Shown here: positions 9,397-19,318 of the stretch, piece by piece | How positions within the stretch are numbered: the first letter of the stretch is position 1 | Layout: every line of letters starts with the position of its first letter | Position numbers and translations under genes: made by a program | DNA from: an uncultured Gammaproteobacteria bacterium | Lineage (GTDB): Bacteria > Patescibacteriota > Patescibacteriia > Magasanikbacterales > GCA-002688135 | Assembly: GCA_964536205.1 (NCBI GenBank) | Contig: CAZHVT010000006.1 | Coordinates: forward strand, 8,623 to 72,622 | Reading direction: 5' to 3' | Length of the DNA stretch: 64,000 nt | Notes under the pieces: generated by a model | The model's input: only the letters and a program-made list of their open reading frames with translations | What the model was told of the DNA's origin: nothing | The model's database searches: none

Positions 9397-9454
9397 CGCA
9401 TCTACGGATGCGTTTTTTTAATTAAAAAATCCTGCGCCTCGTGGGGGCAGGATT
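9397..9454. terminator. Back-to-back intrinsic terminators
   Basis: CGCATC-TACG-GATGCG+T7 (+), and AATCCTGC...GCAGGATT preceded by an A-run (-). Confidence 0.8.
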
Positions 9455-9458
9455 GTGT

Positions 9459-9956
9459 CTACAGATCTCTGTTGAATCTTTCCACTCGATCTTCAAGAAT
9501 GCGATAAAGATGTGTGGGTGTTAGGCCTTGGATATCTTCGAATTGTTCGAGAATGCTGCATGTTGCATCGAATCGTTCGAGTGCATCTTCGTCATTGATT
9601 TCTGCGCGTGCTGCGTCTATATCGTATTCAACTTCTTCTGTTCCAGCATGTTCGATCATGTCTGCGATTTGCAGGATGGCGAGGCACATTTCTTTGTCCA
9701 TCAAGCCGGCGCTGACAAACATCCATTCCATCTGATCCATTGCGTCTTCGTGTTGAGCTTTACAGGCCTGTGAGACTACAACGCCCATAAACATCCAGCC
9801 CATGAAATCGCATGTGTCCACTTCTTCTCGAGTTAATCCACGTGACCAGAATTCTGGATCATGTTGTGTAGGATCAGATTCTTCGTCTGAAGTCAGCAGG
9901 GCCAACAGTTTTTCAAAAAATTGTTCACTTAGGTCTTCGGTTTTCAGATCCATCAA
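9459..9956 (-). CDS. Hypothetical acidic helical protein
   Basis: 165-aa D/E-rich ORF with AAGGAG SD, its own TTGACG promoter (~10020) and a terminator. Confidence 0.75.
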   Translation of the reverse strand: MMDLKTEDLSEQFFEKLLALLTSDEESDPTQHDPEFWSRGLTREEVDTCDFMGWMFMGVVVSQACKAQHEDAMDQMEWMFVSAGLMDKEMCLAILQIADMIEHAGTEEVEYDIDAARAEINDEDALERFDATCSILEQFEDIQGLTPTHLYRILEDRVERFNRDL

Positions 9957-10092
9957 TTTTCTCCTTTAACTGGTTTTTTTGACCAAGTGCACTATAGTAG
10001 CATATTTTTAGTGTGCGTCAAGGGTGTTGGTATTTTTGGTGGTCATATGTTGTCTGATAAATTATACTGTATTTTGTCTATAATGTAGTTGT

Positions 10093-11862
10093 ATGAAACA
10101 TCGACTTTATCATAAGTCTCGCCGCCGGAAAGATGGTTTTCGCGCGCCAACTTCCACAACACTTCGGATTTCGATTTTTGGTGGGTTTATTGGTTTGTTT
10201 GTCACGCTTATTATTATTCGACTTTTTATTCTTCAAGTAATTGATATGAGTGTGTATCGACAGATGGCGTTTGGTGCGCAGAATTTGTCGGCGCAGTTGG
10301 ATGCTGTTCGTGGTGAGGTGTTTATGCGCTCTGTCCGTGATGGTGAATTGTCTCCATTGATATTGAATGAGGATCGTTTTTTGGTTTTTGCTGATGGTCG
10401 TCGATTGGAAGATCCATTTGCTACTGCGAGCCGCTTGGCAGAGATTATGAATGTTTCAGATGAGGAGGAAGTTGATTTGAAAAATAAGATGTCAGAAATT
10501 GGTTCGGATCCATATGAACCTTTGTTTAAATCTGTGAGTGAATTTGAGGCTGATAAGATTCGTGATGAGGATTTTTCCGGAATTGGTTTTGTGCGAGAGC
10601 CTCATCGATACTATCCAGAATCTGTGAGTGCATCGCATCTCACCGGATTTACGCAAATTAATGATGATAATGTTCGAGTGGGTCAGTATGGTTTGGAAGG
10701 GTATTTTGATCGAATTCTTTCTGGGCAAAGCGGAACGCTGTCTGGTGAGCGAGATCCGTTTGGAGCGTGGATTCCATTGTCCGAGCGATCTATCGAGGCT
10801 GCGAAAGATGGTCCGCGAATTATTACGACAATTGACCCAGCGATTCAGAAATTCGGATGTGATGTGTTGATTGAGGATATGCGTGAGTTTGAGGCGCGTA
10901 GTGCAACGCTTATTGTTATGAATCCTGAGACTGGCGAAATTCTCGCGATGTGTAATGTCCCTCATTATGATCCAAATAATTATCGGAATGTTGATGATAT
11001 TTCTGTTTTTAATAACTCATCGATTTTTACTCCTTATGAACCAGGATCTGTTTTTAAACCGATCACTATGGCGGCGGCATTGGATACAGATAAAGTTGAG
11101 CCGCAAACGACTTTTTATGATGAAGGTTTTGAAATAGTTGATGATTTTACGATTCGCAATGCAGCTGAAAAAAAATACGGTTTGTCCACCATGCGAGAAG
11201 TTTTAGTCGAGTCGATTAATACAGGTGTTATTTTTGCAGCGCGAAAAGTTGGACGTCATGATTTTGCAAAGTATGTTGAGCAGTTTGGTTTTGGGCGTGT
11301 GACCGGTTTAGAGTTGGATAGTGAAGTTACTGGAACGATCGAGAATGTGTATCGGAAGGGAGAGGTTTTTTTGGCGACGGCTTCGTTTGGGCAGGGAATT
11401 ACATCTACTCCAATGCAGCTGATCATGTCATATTCTGTTTTGGCTAATCATGGGAAGTTGCTGAAGCCTACGATTATTCATTCATTTGAATATGCTGATG
11501 GATCTGTTGAGACATTTGAACCGCAGGAAATTCGACAGGTTGTTTCATCGCGGACAGCTTCTCAAGTATCGTCTATGCTAGCTTCTGTTATAGAGGATGG
11601 TCATTCCACTCGAGCTGGAGTTGATGGATATTTGATTGGGGGGAAAACTGGAACTGCGCAAATTGCGGATGAGAGTGGTGGATATGGTGAAGAGTTTAAT
11701 CATACATTTATTGGATATGGGCCTGCTGATGATGCGAAATTTGTGATGTTAGTGAAATTTGAGAACCCGAATGAGCGATTTGCAGCTTCTACAGCAGTTC
11801 CTACATTTGGCAAAATTGCTGCGTTTTTGGTAGAGTATTTGGAGTTAGTACCTGATTTATAG
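10093..11862 (+). CDS. ftsI: Class B penicillin-binding protein (FtsI/PBP2 family)
   Basis: N-terminal TM; EPGSVFK (SxxK), SIN (SxN) and KTGTAQ motifs; directly upstream of murF. Confidence 0.9.
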   Translation: MKHRLYHKSRRRKDGFRAPTSTTLRISIFGGFIGLFVTLIIIRLFILQVIDMSVYRQMAFGAQNLSAQLDAVRGEVFMRSVRDGELSPLILNEDRFLVFADGRRLEDPFATASRLAEIMNVSDEEEVDLKNKMSEIGSDPYEPLFKSVSEFEADKIRDEDFSGIGFVREPHRYYPESVSASHLTGFTQINDDNVRVGQYGLEGYFDRILSGQSGTLSGERDPFGAWIPLSERSIEAAKDGPRIITTIDPAIQKFGCDVLIEDMREFEARSATLIVMNPETGEILAMCNVPHYDPNNYRNVDDISVFNNSSIFTPYEPGSVFKPITMAAALDTDKVEPQTTFYDEGFEIVDDFTIRNAAEKKYGLSTMREVLVESINTGVIFAARKVGRHDFAKYVEQFGFGRVTGLELDSEVTGTIENVYRKGEVFLATASFGQGITSTPMQLIMSYSVLANHGKLLKPTIIHSFEYADGSVETFEPQEIRQVVSSRTASQVSSMLASVIEDGHSTRAGVDGYLIGGKTGTAQIADESGGYGEEFNHTFIGYGPADDAKFVMLVKFENPNERFAASTAVPTFGKIAAFLVEYLELVPDL

Positions 11863-11867
11863 GTTGT

Positions 11868-13157
11868 ATGAAAAATATTATCCAGAAAATCTTGAGGATG
11901 TACGCGCGGTTGTTATTAAAGAAGTATCAACCTCGCGTGATTGGTATTACAGGTTCTGTTGGAAAGACGTCTGCTAAGCAAGCTATTTTGGCTGTTCTTG
12001 CTGATCAATATAGAATTCGTGGAACGATCAAGAATTATAACAATGAGATTGGAGTACCGCTTACCATTATTGGAATGAAGTCTGGTGGACGATCTTTGTT
12101 GAAATGGTTGATGATTTTTTTGCGTGCGAGCTGGATGTTGGTGAAACGAGATCCGAATTTTTCCGAAATGTTGGTTTTGGAAATGGGTGCTGATCGTCCG
12201 GGTGATATTGCGTATTTAATGGAGATGGCTCCTGTTGATATGGGTGTGATTACAGCGATCGGTGAGGCTCATTATGAATATTTTAAAGATGTAAAAAGTA
12301 TTAAGAAAGAGAAGGGGATGATGGTGACGAATTTGTCAGAGGGCGGGATTGCGATTTTGAATGTTGATAATGATCATGCAGCGAGTTTGGTTGGTGATGT
12401 TGCTGGTAGGGTTGTTACATATGGATTTTCTTCAGAGGCTCATGTTCGAGCTTCAGATGTGTCGATTGCGTATCAAGAATTGAATGGACGTTCATTTCCT
12501 ACGGGCGTTCATTTTAAAATTGCATATGAGGGTGCGACTGTTCCAATATTTTTGCCGGGTGTGTTAGGTTCTCCGCATATGTTGGCTGCGCTTGCTGGAG
12601 TTGCGGTTGGTGTTGCGCATGGAATGAATCTACTTCAGATTGCAGAAACACTGCGAAAATTTGAGCCGCCGTGTGGAAGAATGAGAATTTTGCGTGGTGT
12701 AAAAGAAACGATTATTTTGGATGATACCTATAATGCGTCGCCTCTTGCGATGATTATGGCTTTGGATGCGATGCGTGATATCGATTTGAATGATGGTGCT
12801 CGGCGTTATGCAGTTTTGGGAGATATGTTGGAGCTTGGGAAAATTACGCGTGGTGCGCATGAGGATATTGGACATCGATTGCAAGCATTTAATGTTGATT
12901 ATTTGATTACTGTGGGAGAAGCTGCTAAACATATTGCCGAGGCAGCGAGTGCGCATGGGTTTGATGAGGATCGAATTGCGAGATTTGATGATGCGGAAGC
13001 TGCGGGAAAATATTTGGAGGATAGAATTCATCCCGGAGATGTAATGTTATTTAAGGGTTCGCAAGGTGTTCGTTTGGAAAAAGCAGTTTTGGAAGTGATG
13101 GGTGAGCCGATGCGAGCGGATAAGTTGTTGTGTCGGCAAGATGAAACGTGGAGTTAG
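11868..13157 (+). CDS. murF: UDP-MurNAc-tripeptide--D-Ala-D-Ala ligase
   Basis: GITGSVGKTS, NNEIGVPLT, DDTYNASP, LGDMLELG. Confidence 0.95.
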   Translation: MKNIIQKILRMYARLLLKKYQPRVIGITGSVGKTSAKQAILAVLADQYRIRGTIKNYNNEIGVPLTIIGMKSGGRSLLKWLMIFLRASWMLVKRDPNFSEMLVLEMGADRPGDIAYLMEMAPVDMGVITAIGEAHYEYFKDVKSIKKEKGMMVTNLSEGGIAILNVDNDHAASLVGDVAGRVVTYGFSSEAHVRASDVSIAYQELNGRSFPTGVHFKIAYEGATVPIFLPGVLGSPHMLAALAGVAVGVAHGMNLLQIAETLRKFEPPCGRMRILRGVKETIILDDTYNASPLAMIMALDAMRDIDLNDGARRYAVLGDMLELGKITRGAHEDIGHRLQAFNVDYLITVGEAAKHIAEAASAHGFDEDRIARFDDAEAAGKYLEDRIHPGDVMLFKGSQGVRLEKAVLEVMGEPMRADKLLCRQDETWS

Positions 13158-13258
13158 ATAATTACCAATGACCAATGTCGGAGTCTCCCTAGGATGAGAG
13201 ACGAATCTATGGATTATCGCTTTACGATACATTCATTTGAAAATTGAAAATTAGTTCT

Positions 13259-13330
13259 GGTCCCATCGTCTAGTGGTTAGGACGCATGGTTCTCATCCAT
13301 GTAACGGGGGTTCGATTCCCCCTGGGATCA
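13259..13330 (+). tRNA. tRNA-Glu (anticodon CTC), CCA not encoded
   Basis: Cloverleaf: acceptor GGTCCCA/TGGGATC, D-arm, anticodon arm CATGG-TTCTCAT-CCATG, T-arm GGGGG-TTCGATT-CCCCC. Confidence 0.95.
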
Positions 13331-13560
13331 TGAAATCACATTTACCTTACTGGTTGATTTGATATGTATACGATGCATAACGGGGGTTCCACCCCACTTG
13401 CTCGTTCCTCGCTCGGGGGTATCGTAGAGATTCCCCCTGGGATCATGAAATCAAATTTACCTTACCGGTTGATTTGATATGTATACGATGCATAACGGGG
13501 GTTCCACCCCACTTGCTCGTTCCTCGCTCGGGGGTATCGTAGAGATTCTCCCTGGGATCA
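13331..13560 (+). repeat. Two tandem 115-bp tRNA-linked repeats, each ending in the tRNA 3' end
   Basis: Units 13331-13445 and 13446-13560 differ at 3 positions; each ends GATTCYCCCTGGGATCA. Confidence 0.95.
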
Positions 13561-13605
13561 TGAAGAAAAGGCATCCGAGTAGGATGTTTTTTTGAAGGAG
13601 ACATT

Positions 13606-14643
13606 TTGATCATTATAATTGCCCAACTTGTTTTGATGAGTGAATGCAATACATACAGCGATTGTCCTGACGGGTTAGTATGCGTTGAGAATGTGTGCGT
13701 GAAACCGAAACCATTATGTGGATCCTGTTGGAAATCTGTGCAGTGTATGCCGAATTATAAGTGTTTGGGGTACGATGGTTTGGGTGGGATGTGTTTGCCG
13801 ATGGGGTGTGTTGTCGATGATGATTGTCCTCTTGGCATGAAGTGCATTTCGATTGGTGACGGTAATACAGCTTGCTGGGTGAAGCCTGCGATGGATGTGT
13901 GTGTTGGTACGACAATTTGGAAGGCTAATACGTGCGGCATGTTATATACTCCGTTTATCTACTGCGGAATGACAGACAAAACTTGCGTGCATGGAGATTG
14001 TTGTAAACGAGATTGCACAACGAAGCAGTGCGGAGAAGATGGGTGTTATGGGTCTTGTGGTATGTGTGGGATGGGGCAGGCTTGTATCGATCATAACTGC
14101 ACGACATGCATTCCGGGTGTGATTGATTATGAGATGTGTGGCAGTGTGTGCTCTGCGAAAATGCGAGTTTGTGATGTGAATGGTTCGTGGGGATTGTGGT
14201 CTACATGTAAGGATGATGCACTGTGTACGCCGGCTGATGGATTTCCAATTGAGTGTCATGCAGCAGAATGTCGTCCAGGTCATTCGTTTTCTGATTCGTG
14301 TGGAAATTGTGGAACGATGTCTATAATTTGTAATGGCGAATGTCGATGGGAAAGTGGAAGTTGTGTAAATGAAGGCCTGTGCAAAATTGGAGAAACTGCA
14401 CCTTGTGAGCAAAATGGAAAGCGAACCTGCACTGATATGTGTCGATGGAGTAAGTGCATTGTTTCTGCAGATGCAGCACCTCGAATTGTTGCAGAAGATC
14501 ATGTTATCAAAATTCCAATTCAGCGTCCGAAACCAAAAGCATCTGTAAAAGTTGTTCAAGGTTGTCAGATGTCACATCATAGTCATCAGTTTTCGATCAT
14601 TATTTTATTGTGTTGTTTGTTGGTTTTACATACTCGGCATTAA
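13606..14643 (+). CDS. Cys-rich surface protein with a MYXO-CTERM-like C-terminal anchor
   Basis: 47 Cys in 345 aa; motif CTTKQCGEDGCYGSCGMC; C-terminus QGCQM...IIILLCCLLVLHTRH; TTG start after GAAGGAG. Confidence 0.7.
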   Translation: MIIIIAQLVLMSECNTYSDCPDGLVCVENVCVKPKPLCGSCWKSVQCMPNYKCLGYDGLGGMCLPMGCVVDDDCPLGMKCISIGDGNTACWVKPAMDVCVGTTIWKANTCGMLYTPFIYCGMTDKTCVHGDCCKRDCTTKQCGEDGCYGSCGMCGMGQACIDHNCTTCIPGVIDYEMCGSVCSAKMRVCDVNGSWGLWSTCKDDALCTPADGFPIECHAAECRPGHSFSDSCGNCGTMSIICNGECRWESGSCVNEGLCKIGETAPCEQNGKRTCTDMCRWSKCIVSADAAPRIVAEDHVIKIPIQRPKPKASVKVVQGCQMSHHSHQFSIIILLCCLLVLHTRH

Positions 14644-14669
14644 GTCGAGTTTTTTGTTATAATCAGAAT

Positions 14670-15146
14670 ATGTTTTTCTTCAAAACGAATTACCAGAAAT
14701 CGCAGTCTGCGACAAAGGTGAAATTTAAGGTTCCGAAAGAAGCTGGGAAATTGGCTTTGCAGCTTTTGAAGTCAAAGGGTTCAGAAGAGGAGCGTCAGGA
14801 ATTGTCTGATGATTTGTTGGATGTTTTAGCAGATTGTGCCCGATTGGATATTGTGAAATTGAAGATTTCTGCGACAAATCAATATCATAAAAAAAGAGGT
14901 GGGCGGGTAGTGTATAAAAGATATGGGTATTACAAGCCTGATACAAAATACATTTATATTCAGAATCGAACTGCTGTTCGTGGGCAGATTTTAGCGCCGA
15001 AAACGTTTATTGATACGTTACTTCATGAGTGGATGCATCACTATGATTCGCAGAAATTGGGACTTAATTCGATCCATACAAAAGGCTTTTATATGCGCAT
15101 TAAAGATTTAAAAAAGAAGTTGGGTCTTCTTGACAATGTGACCTAA
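14670..15146 (+). CDS. SprT-like zinc metallopeptidase
   Basis: TLLHEWMHH followed by HTKGFY; TATAAT just upstream of ATG 14670. Confidence 0.75.
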   Translation: MFFFKTNYQKSQSATKVKFKVPKEAGKLALQLLKSKGSEEERQELSDDLLDVLADCARLDIVKLKISATNQYHKKRGGRVVYKRYGYYKPDTKYIYIQNRTAVRGQILAPKTFIDTLLHEWMHHYDSQKLGLNSIHTKGFYMRIKDLKKKLGLLDNVT

Positions 15147-15189
15147 ATGTTATATTCGTGATATAATGAATTCTATGGAGGTAAGATAT

Positions 15190-15912
15190 ATGCAAGACGG
15201 AAAAACATCAGTTCGAATTTTTATGGCGTCAGTATTATTTGTAATACTCGGCCTGACTGCGATGGTTATCGTACCTGTTTTTGCGTCTGCAGCGGGGCGT
15301 GCTGGTGAGGCTATCGCTGTTCAGCCTAAAGAGCCGTCAGGTTTTCTTGGTCAGGTTTTTACACTGGTTGGTGATTCGGTTAAAAATGCAGTTACGTTTA
15401 ATAATGAGAAGCAAGCTGATTTGTATGTAGAGCAAGCGAAAGAACGTATGCAGGAAGCAGCTTGGTTGGAAGCTTATGGCACGAGTGATAAAGATGAAAA
15501 GAAGAAGGATAAATTATTAGAGAAGGCTGGGAAATTGCAGGATAGGGCGACTTCAAAAATTGAAAAAGCTGCGGCGAAAGGAAAGGATGTTTCATCTGTT
15601 CAGGGTAGATTGCAAGCTAACTCTGATCTTTTAACAGTGATTGAAGATCCTGGGGTTGTCGATGCGCCTCCAGTAGAGGAAGATGCTCCGATTATTTTTA
15701 CACTTCCTACATTTACTTTTCCCGTTTTGAATTTGTTGGATTTGCATGCTGCAATTGAAGCTATTGAGCAAGATGATCGTGCACATCCTGATATGAAGGT
15801 GTATTTGGGATCTGTGAAAACAAAAGTGAAAAGTAGAATTGATAAAGGTGAAACTACAGTTGATCGTAATGCATCAAAAAAGCCGGCAGAGACCGGCGGA
15901 GGTGGGCGATAG
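15190..15912 (+). CDS. Exported DUF5667-like helical protein
   Basis: Signal/TM segment then DSVKNAVTFNNEKQADLYVEQAKERMQEA; GGAGG SD before ATG 15190. Confidence 0.65.
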   Translation: MQDGKTSVRIFMASVLFVILGLTAMVIVPVFASAAGRAGEAIAVQPKEPSGFLGQVFTLVGDSVKNAVTFNNEKQADLYVEQAKERMQEAAWLEAYGTSDKDEKKKDKLLEKAGKLQDRATSKIEKAAAKGKDVSSVQGRLQANSDLLTVIEDPGVVDAPPVEEDAPIIFTLPTFTFPVLNLLDLHAAIEAIEQDDRAHPDMKVYLGSVKTKVKSRIDKGETTVDRNASKKPAETGGGGR

Positions 15913-15913
15913 T

Positions 15914-16441
15914 TTATTGTACGGCGTTGTACAAAGCGAGATAAAATACAATCATGATGATAAGAAATAGCCAGTACGCAATGGGTATTTTTTTTCTGCT
16001 TGGAAAATTTAGGATGTTATCTGGGACGTCGATTTCATGGGTTTTATTTTTTTTGCTTAATTTGATATGTATTGTTTCTTTTTTGAGAAGGCTTTTAATT
16101 TTTTTTGGCCATTCTACGACGCAAATTGTTTTTTCATTGAATAGCGCGTCAGTCATTCCAGTTCCAATACATTCATCAGATGATTTTGCGCGATATGTAT
16201 CGATATGCGCGAATCTACCTGCTTGTGTTTTCTTTTTGAGTTCGTACATTTGCATGAGTGTGAATGTTGGGCTTTTGACAGTTTGTGTAATTCCGAGAGC
16301 TTGCGCAATGCCTTTGGTAAGAGTTGTTTTTCCTGAACCTAAATTTCCTTCGAGTGTTACAACATCGCCAGCTTTTAAAGTTGCGCCGATTTTTCTCCCG
16401 AGTGACATTGTTTCTTGAGTTGTTTTTGTTTTTACAATCAT
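15914..16441 (-). CDS. tsaE: tRNA threonylcarbamoyladenosine biosynthesis ATPase, with a C-terminal hydrophobic extension
   Basis: GNLGSGKT, SPTF, HIDTYR, VVEW. Confidence 0.93.
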   Translation of the reverse strand: MIVKTKTTQETMSLGRKIGATLKAGDVVTLEGNLGSGKTTLTKGIAQALGITQTVKSPTFTLMQMYELKKKTQAGRFAHIDTYRAKSSDECIGTGMTDALFNEKTICVVEWPKKIKSLLKKETIHIKLSKKNKTHEIDVPDNILNFPSRKKIPIAYWLFLIIMIVFYLALYNAVQ

Positions 16442-17280
16442 GCGTTCAGTGATTTTTTATGTGTGAGTTCGACTGTGTTTGCGAGAAGCATTTCAATTGT
16501 AACTGGCCCCACACCATATGGAACTGGTGTTACAAATCCCTCCATTCCTTTGAGCTGTGCATAATCTACATCTCCTACAACTTTCCCACCATCAAGTTTT
16601 GTGATTCCAATATCAATGACGATTGCGCCCTCTTTGATGTGTTCTTTTCCAATTGCATGTGGTCGCCCAAGTGCTGTTACAATAATGTCAGCTGTTTTAG
16701 TTTCTTCTGGAATTGCTTGAGGAGTTGGTGCAAAAACTTTTACATCAACTTTTTCTCGTTCTAAAGCGATGCGAACTGGATCAGTAAAAATAGGATTGTT
16801 TCCAAGAATAACTGCGGTTTTGTGTGAGATTATTTCTTCAGTTTCATAAATAAGTGCCATGATTGCTCGTACTAAAACAGGTTTGTGAACGTCTGCGCCG
16901 CGCTTGTACATCGACATGTTGTCTGGATGAAATCCATCGACATCTTTTGTTGGATCCATTGTTTGGATGACATTATTTTCGTCGATATGTTTTGGCATCG
17001 GTAATTGTGTGATGATCGCATGGACTGAATCGTCATAGTTTAAAACTCGCATTTGTGCGAGGACATCAGATTCCGGTGTATCGCTATCATACAAATATTT
17101 TTTGAAATCGATTCCTGCGTCTCGAGCAGCTTGTTCTTTCAAACCTACATACAATCGTGATGATGCATTATCTCCAACCAAAATTACTGAAAGACCGGGT
17201 GTGATGCCGGTCTTTTCGATCGTGTTTTTTGTGCGCTCATGAATGCGCTTTGCAATTATGCGTCCATCTATTTTTTTCAT
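16438..17280 (-). CDS. folD: Methylene-THF dehydrogenase/cyclohydrolase
   Basis: KIDGR, QLPMP, KDVDGFHP, TPVPYGVGPVT. Confidence 0.95.
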   Translation of the reverse strand: MKKIDGRIIAKRIHERTKNTIEKTGITPGLSVILVGDNASSRLYVGLKEQAARDAGIDFKKYLYDSDTPESDVLAQMRVLNYDDSVHAIITQLPMPKHIDENNVIQTMDPTKDVDGFHPDNMSMYKRGADVHKPVLVRAIMALIYETEEIISHKTAVILGNNPIFTDPVRIALEREKVDVKVFAPTPQAIPEETKTADIIVTALGRPHAIGKEHIKEGAIVIDIGITKLDGGKVVGDVDYAQLKGMEGFVTPVPYGVGPVTIEMLLANTVELTHKKSLNA

Positions 17281-17309
17281 ATGCTTGCCGTGCATCCTTG
17301 TGGTGCATG

Positions 17310-17336
17310 GTCATCCCGAGCGAAGTCGAGGGATCT
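17310..17336 (+). repeat. REP-like GTCATCCCG element (half copy)
   Basis: GTCATCCCGAGCGAAGTCGAGGGATCT, related to the elements at 34433 and 63875. Confidence 0.6.
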
Positions 17337-17341
17337 CTAGT

Positions 17342-18583
17342 TTACAATTCGCTATAGAGAGGGAATTGCTTTGTAAGCGCTGCAATCTCTTCTCTTATGC
17401 GATTCAATACCACGGAATTATCGTGACTGTCAATTGCTTCTGCAATCCAATTTCCGATCGTTTCCATTTCTGCTTCCTTCATTCCGCGAGTCGTCAGAGC
17501 TGGTGTCCCTAGTCGAATTCCTGAAGGATCGAGCGGTGAACGAGGATCATCTGGAATCATATTTTTATTCACGGTAATTCCTGCTGCATCCAAAGCCTGC
17601 TCTGCCTGATGTCCTGAAACATTTTTATTTGTGACATTTATGAGAAGTAAATGATTGTCGGTTCCGCCAGTTATCAAATCAAAATTGTACTTGAGTAATG
17701 TCTGTGCAAGGGCTTGTGCATTTACTTTGATTTGCTTTGCGTATGTTTTGAATTCTGGGAGAAGCGCTTCTTTGAACGCGACAGCCTTTGCTGCGATTGC
17801 ATTTTCATGAGGTCCTCCTTGCAATCCAGGGAAAATTGATTTGTCGATTTTTTTTGCATGTTTCTTTTTGCACATGATCATTCCTCCGCGAGGGCCTCGC
17901 AATGTTTTGTGAGTTGTTGTTGTTACAACATCGAAAATTGGAACAGGATTATTTAATTCTCCTGCTGCTATCATTCCTGCTAAATGTGCGACATCTGCCA
18001 TTGTCAGCGCACCAACTTCATCTGCTATTTTTTGAAATGATTCGTAGTCTAGGTCGCGAGGGTATGCAGAGTATCCTGCGAGGATTAATTTTGGTTTGTG
18101 TTCGAGAGCCATTTCTCGTAATTGATCAAAATCGATTTTACCTGTTTCTATATTTGCTTTGTATCGCACGAAATTGAAAATTTTTGCCATGTGTGTGACA
18201 GGATGTCCGTGCGTTAAATGACCTCCGTGCGAAAGATCCATCCCTAAAATTGTGTCGCCTGGTTCAAGTAGTGCGAAATAAACTGCGATGTTTGCAGGAG
18301 CGCCAGAAAGCGGTTGCACATTTACATGTTCTGCACCGAATAATTCTTTGGCGCGATCAATTGCTAATTGCTCGATTGTATCAATGTGTTCACATCCTCC
18401 ATAATATCTTTTTCCTGGGTATCCTTCTGCATATTTATTTGTCGCAACCGATCCGAGCGCTTCCAAAACAGCCATGGACACAAAATTCTCCGAGGGGATC
18501 ATCTCGAGTGTGGTTTGTTGGCGATGGAGCTCTTTATCGAGTGCATCTCCAGTTTCGTTGTCGAATTCTTTAAGGTATTTCAT
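17342..18583 (-). CDS. glyA: Serine hydroxymethyltransferase
   Basis: [32 protein letters not shown]; true start at MKYLKEFD (18583). Confidence 0.97.
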   Translation of the reverse strand: MKYLKEFDNETGDALDKELHRQQTTLEMIPSENFVSMAVLEALGSVATNKYAEGYPGKRYYGGCEHIDTIEQLAIDRAKELFGAEHVNVQPLSGAPANIAVYFALLEPGDTILGMDLSHGGHLTHGHPVTHMAKIFNFVRYKANIETGKIDFDQLREMALEHKPKLILAGYSAYPRDLDYESFQKIADEVGALTMADVAHLAGMIAAGELNNPVPIFDVVTTTTHKTLRGPRGGMIMCKKKHAKKIDKSIFPGLQGGPHENAIAAKAVAFKEALLPEFKTYAKQIKVNAQALAQTLLKYNFDLITGGTDNHLLLINVTNKNVSGHQAEQALDAAGITVNKNMIPDDPRSPLDPSGIRLGTPALTTRGMKEAEMETIGNWIAEAIDSHDNSVVLNRIREEIAALTKQFPLYSEL

Positions 18584-18651
18584 AGTGGCAATAGTATAGC
18601 TGAAAGCTGTAAATTTGTGAAATAAAAAAGCCCCAGTGTTTGGGGCCTGAT

Positions 18652-18954
18652 CTAGAAAATCCACATGATGAGTAGTGATACAACTACTCCGACGAGAAAG
18701 CCGATTGAGAGCAGTGTGGTTCTTTCGCGTTCGATGCTTAAGGCTTGCTGTCTTTCTGCAGTGGTTTTTTGCAGAGTCAACAATTCGAGATCGATGATAC
18801 TGCATGCTCTGATTAGCTCGAGCGTTTTGTGTGTGAAATATCTACATCGAAATTCGTTGGCTTGCTCGCTGCTGCTTCCGAATGAAGTTACGATGTGTTC
18901 GTATTCGAGCAAGAGAGACTGTAGTTTCTTGGCTTCCATTGCTGCGTGCAACAT
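18652..18954 (-). CDS. Small tail-anchored orphan protein, paralog 1 (FGxxSxxAxxF family)
   Basis: [18 protein letters not shown] plus a C-terminal TM; SD AAGGAG; its own TTGACA promoter. Confidence 0.75.
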   Translation of the reverse strand: MLHAAMEAKKLQSLLLEYEHIVTSFGSSSEQANEFRCRYFTHKTLELIRACSIIDLELLTLQKTTAERQQALSIERERTTLLSIGFLVGVVVSLLIMWIF

Positions 18955-19053
18955 GTGGTATCTCCTTGTGAAAGATCACATGTAAGTATATTTGGATTTA
19001 TGTGGTTTGTCAATAAAAAACAGCCACGTTTGTGGCTGCATTGAGAACCCTGA

Positions 19054-19311
19054 TTAGAGATTCATCGATAGGAGTGCGACGACGATGGTCATCACTAGCG
19101 CAGGGGCGATCCATCTCGTGATGCCTTTTTGTTCAATGCGGCTTTCTGTTCTGCGGTGCCTGTCGTCCATTGCGTAGAGTCTCTGGTGAAGTTCTGGTTC
19201 GTGCAGGTATTGATCTTTGAAGCGTTCGGCTTCTTTTGATCCGGGCCCGAACATCGTCAGGAAAGCTTTGTATTGAATGACGATTTCGTCGATTCCGTAT
19301 TGAGTAAGCAT
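19054..19311 (-). CDS. Small tail-anchored orphan protein, paralog 2
   Basis: YKAFLTMFGPGSKEAERF plus a C-terminal TM; SD AGGAG. Confidence 0.75.
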   Translation of the reverse strand: MLTQYGIDEIVIQYKAFLTMFGPGSKEAERFKDQYLHEPELHQRLYAMDDRHRRTESRIEQKGITRWIAPALVMTIVVALLSMNL

Positions 19312-19318
19312 GTTTCTC

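Noticed and set aside
1858-9956. Prophage or IS interpretation of the island
   Set aside because: No integrase, transposase, terminase or structural genes, and no att repeats were seen in the window.
13331-13560. Possible CRISPR array or intron-containing tRNAs
   Set aside because: The units are near-identical over their whole length (no unique spacers), no cas genes are present, and the units lack the tRNA 5' half and anticodon arm.
18584-18805. N-terminal extension of GlyA in the ORF track
   Set aside because: It overlaps another gene and a terminator; homology starts at MKYLKEFD.
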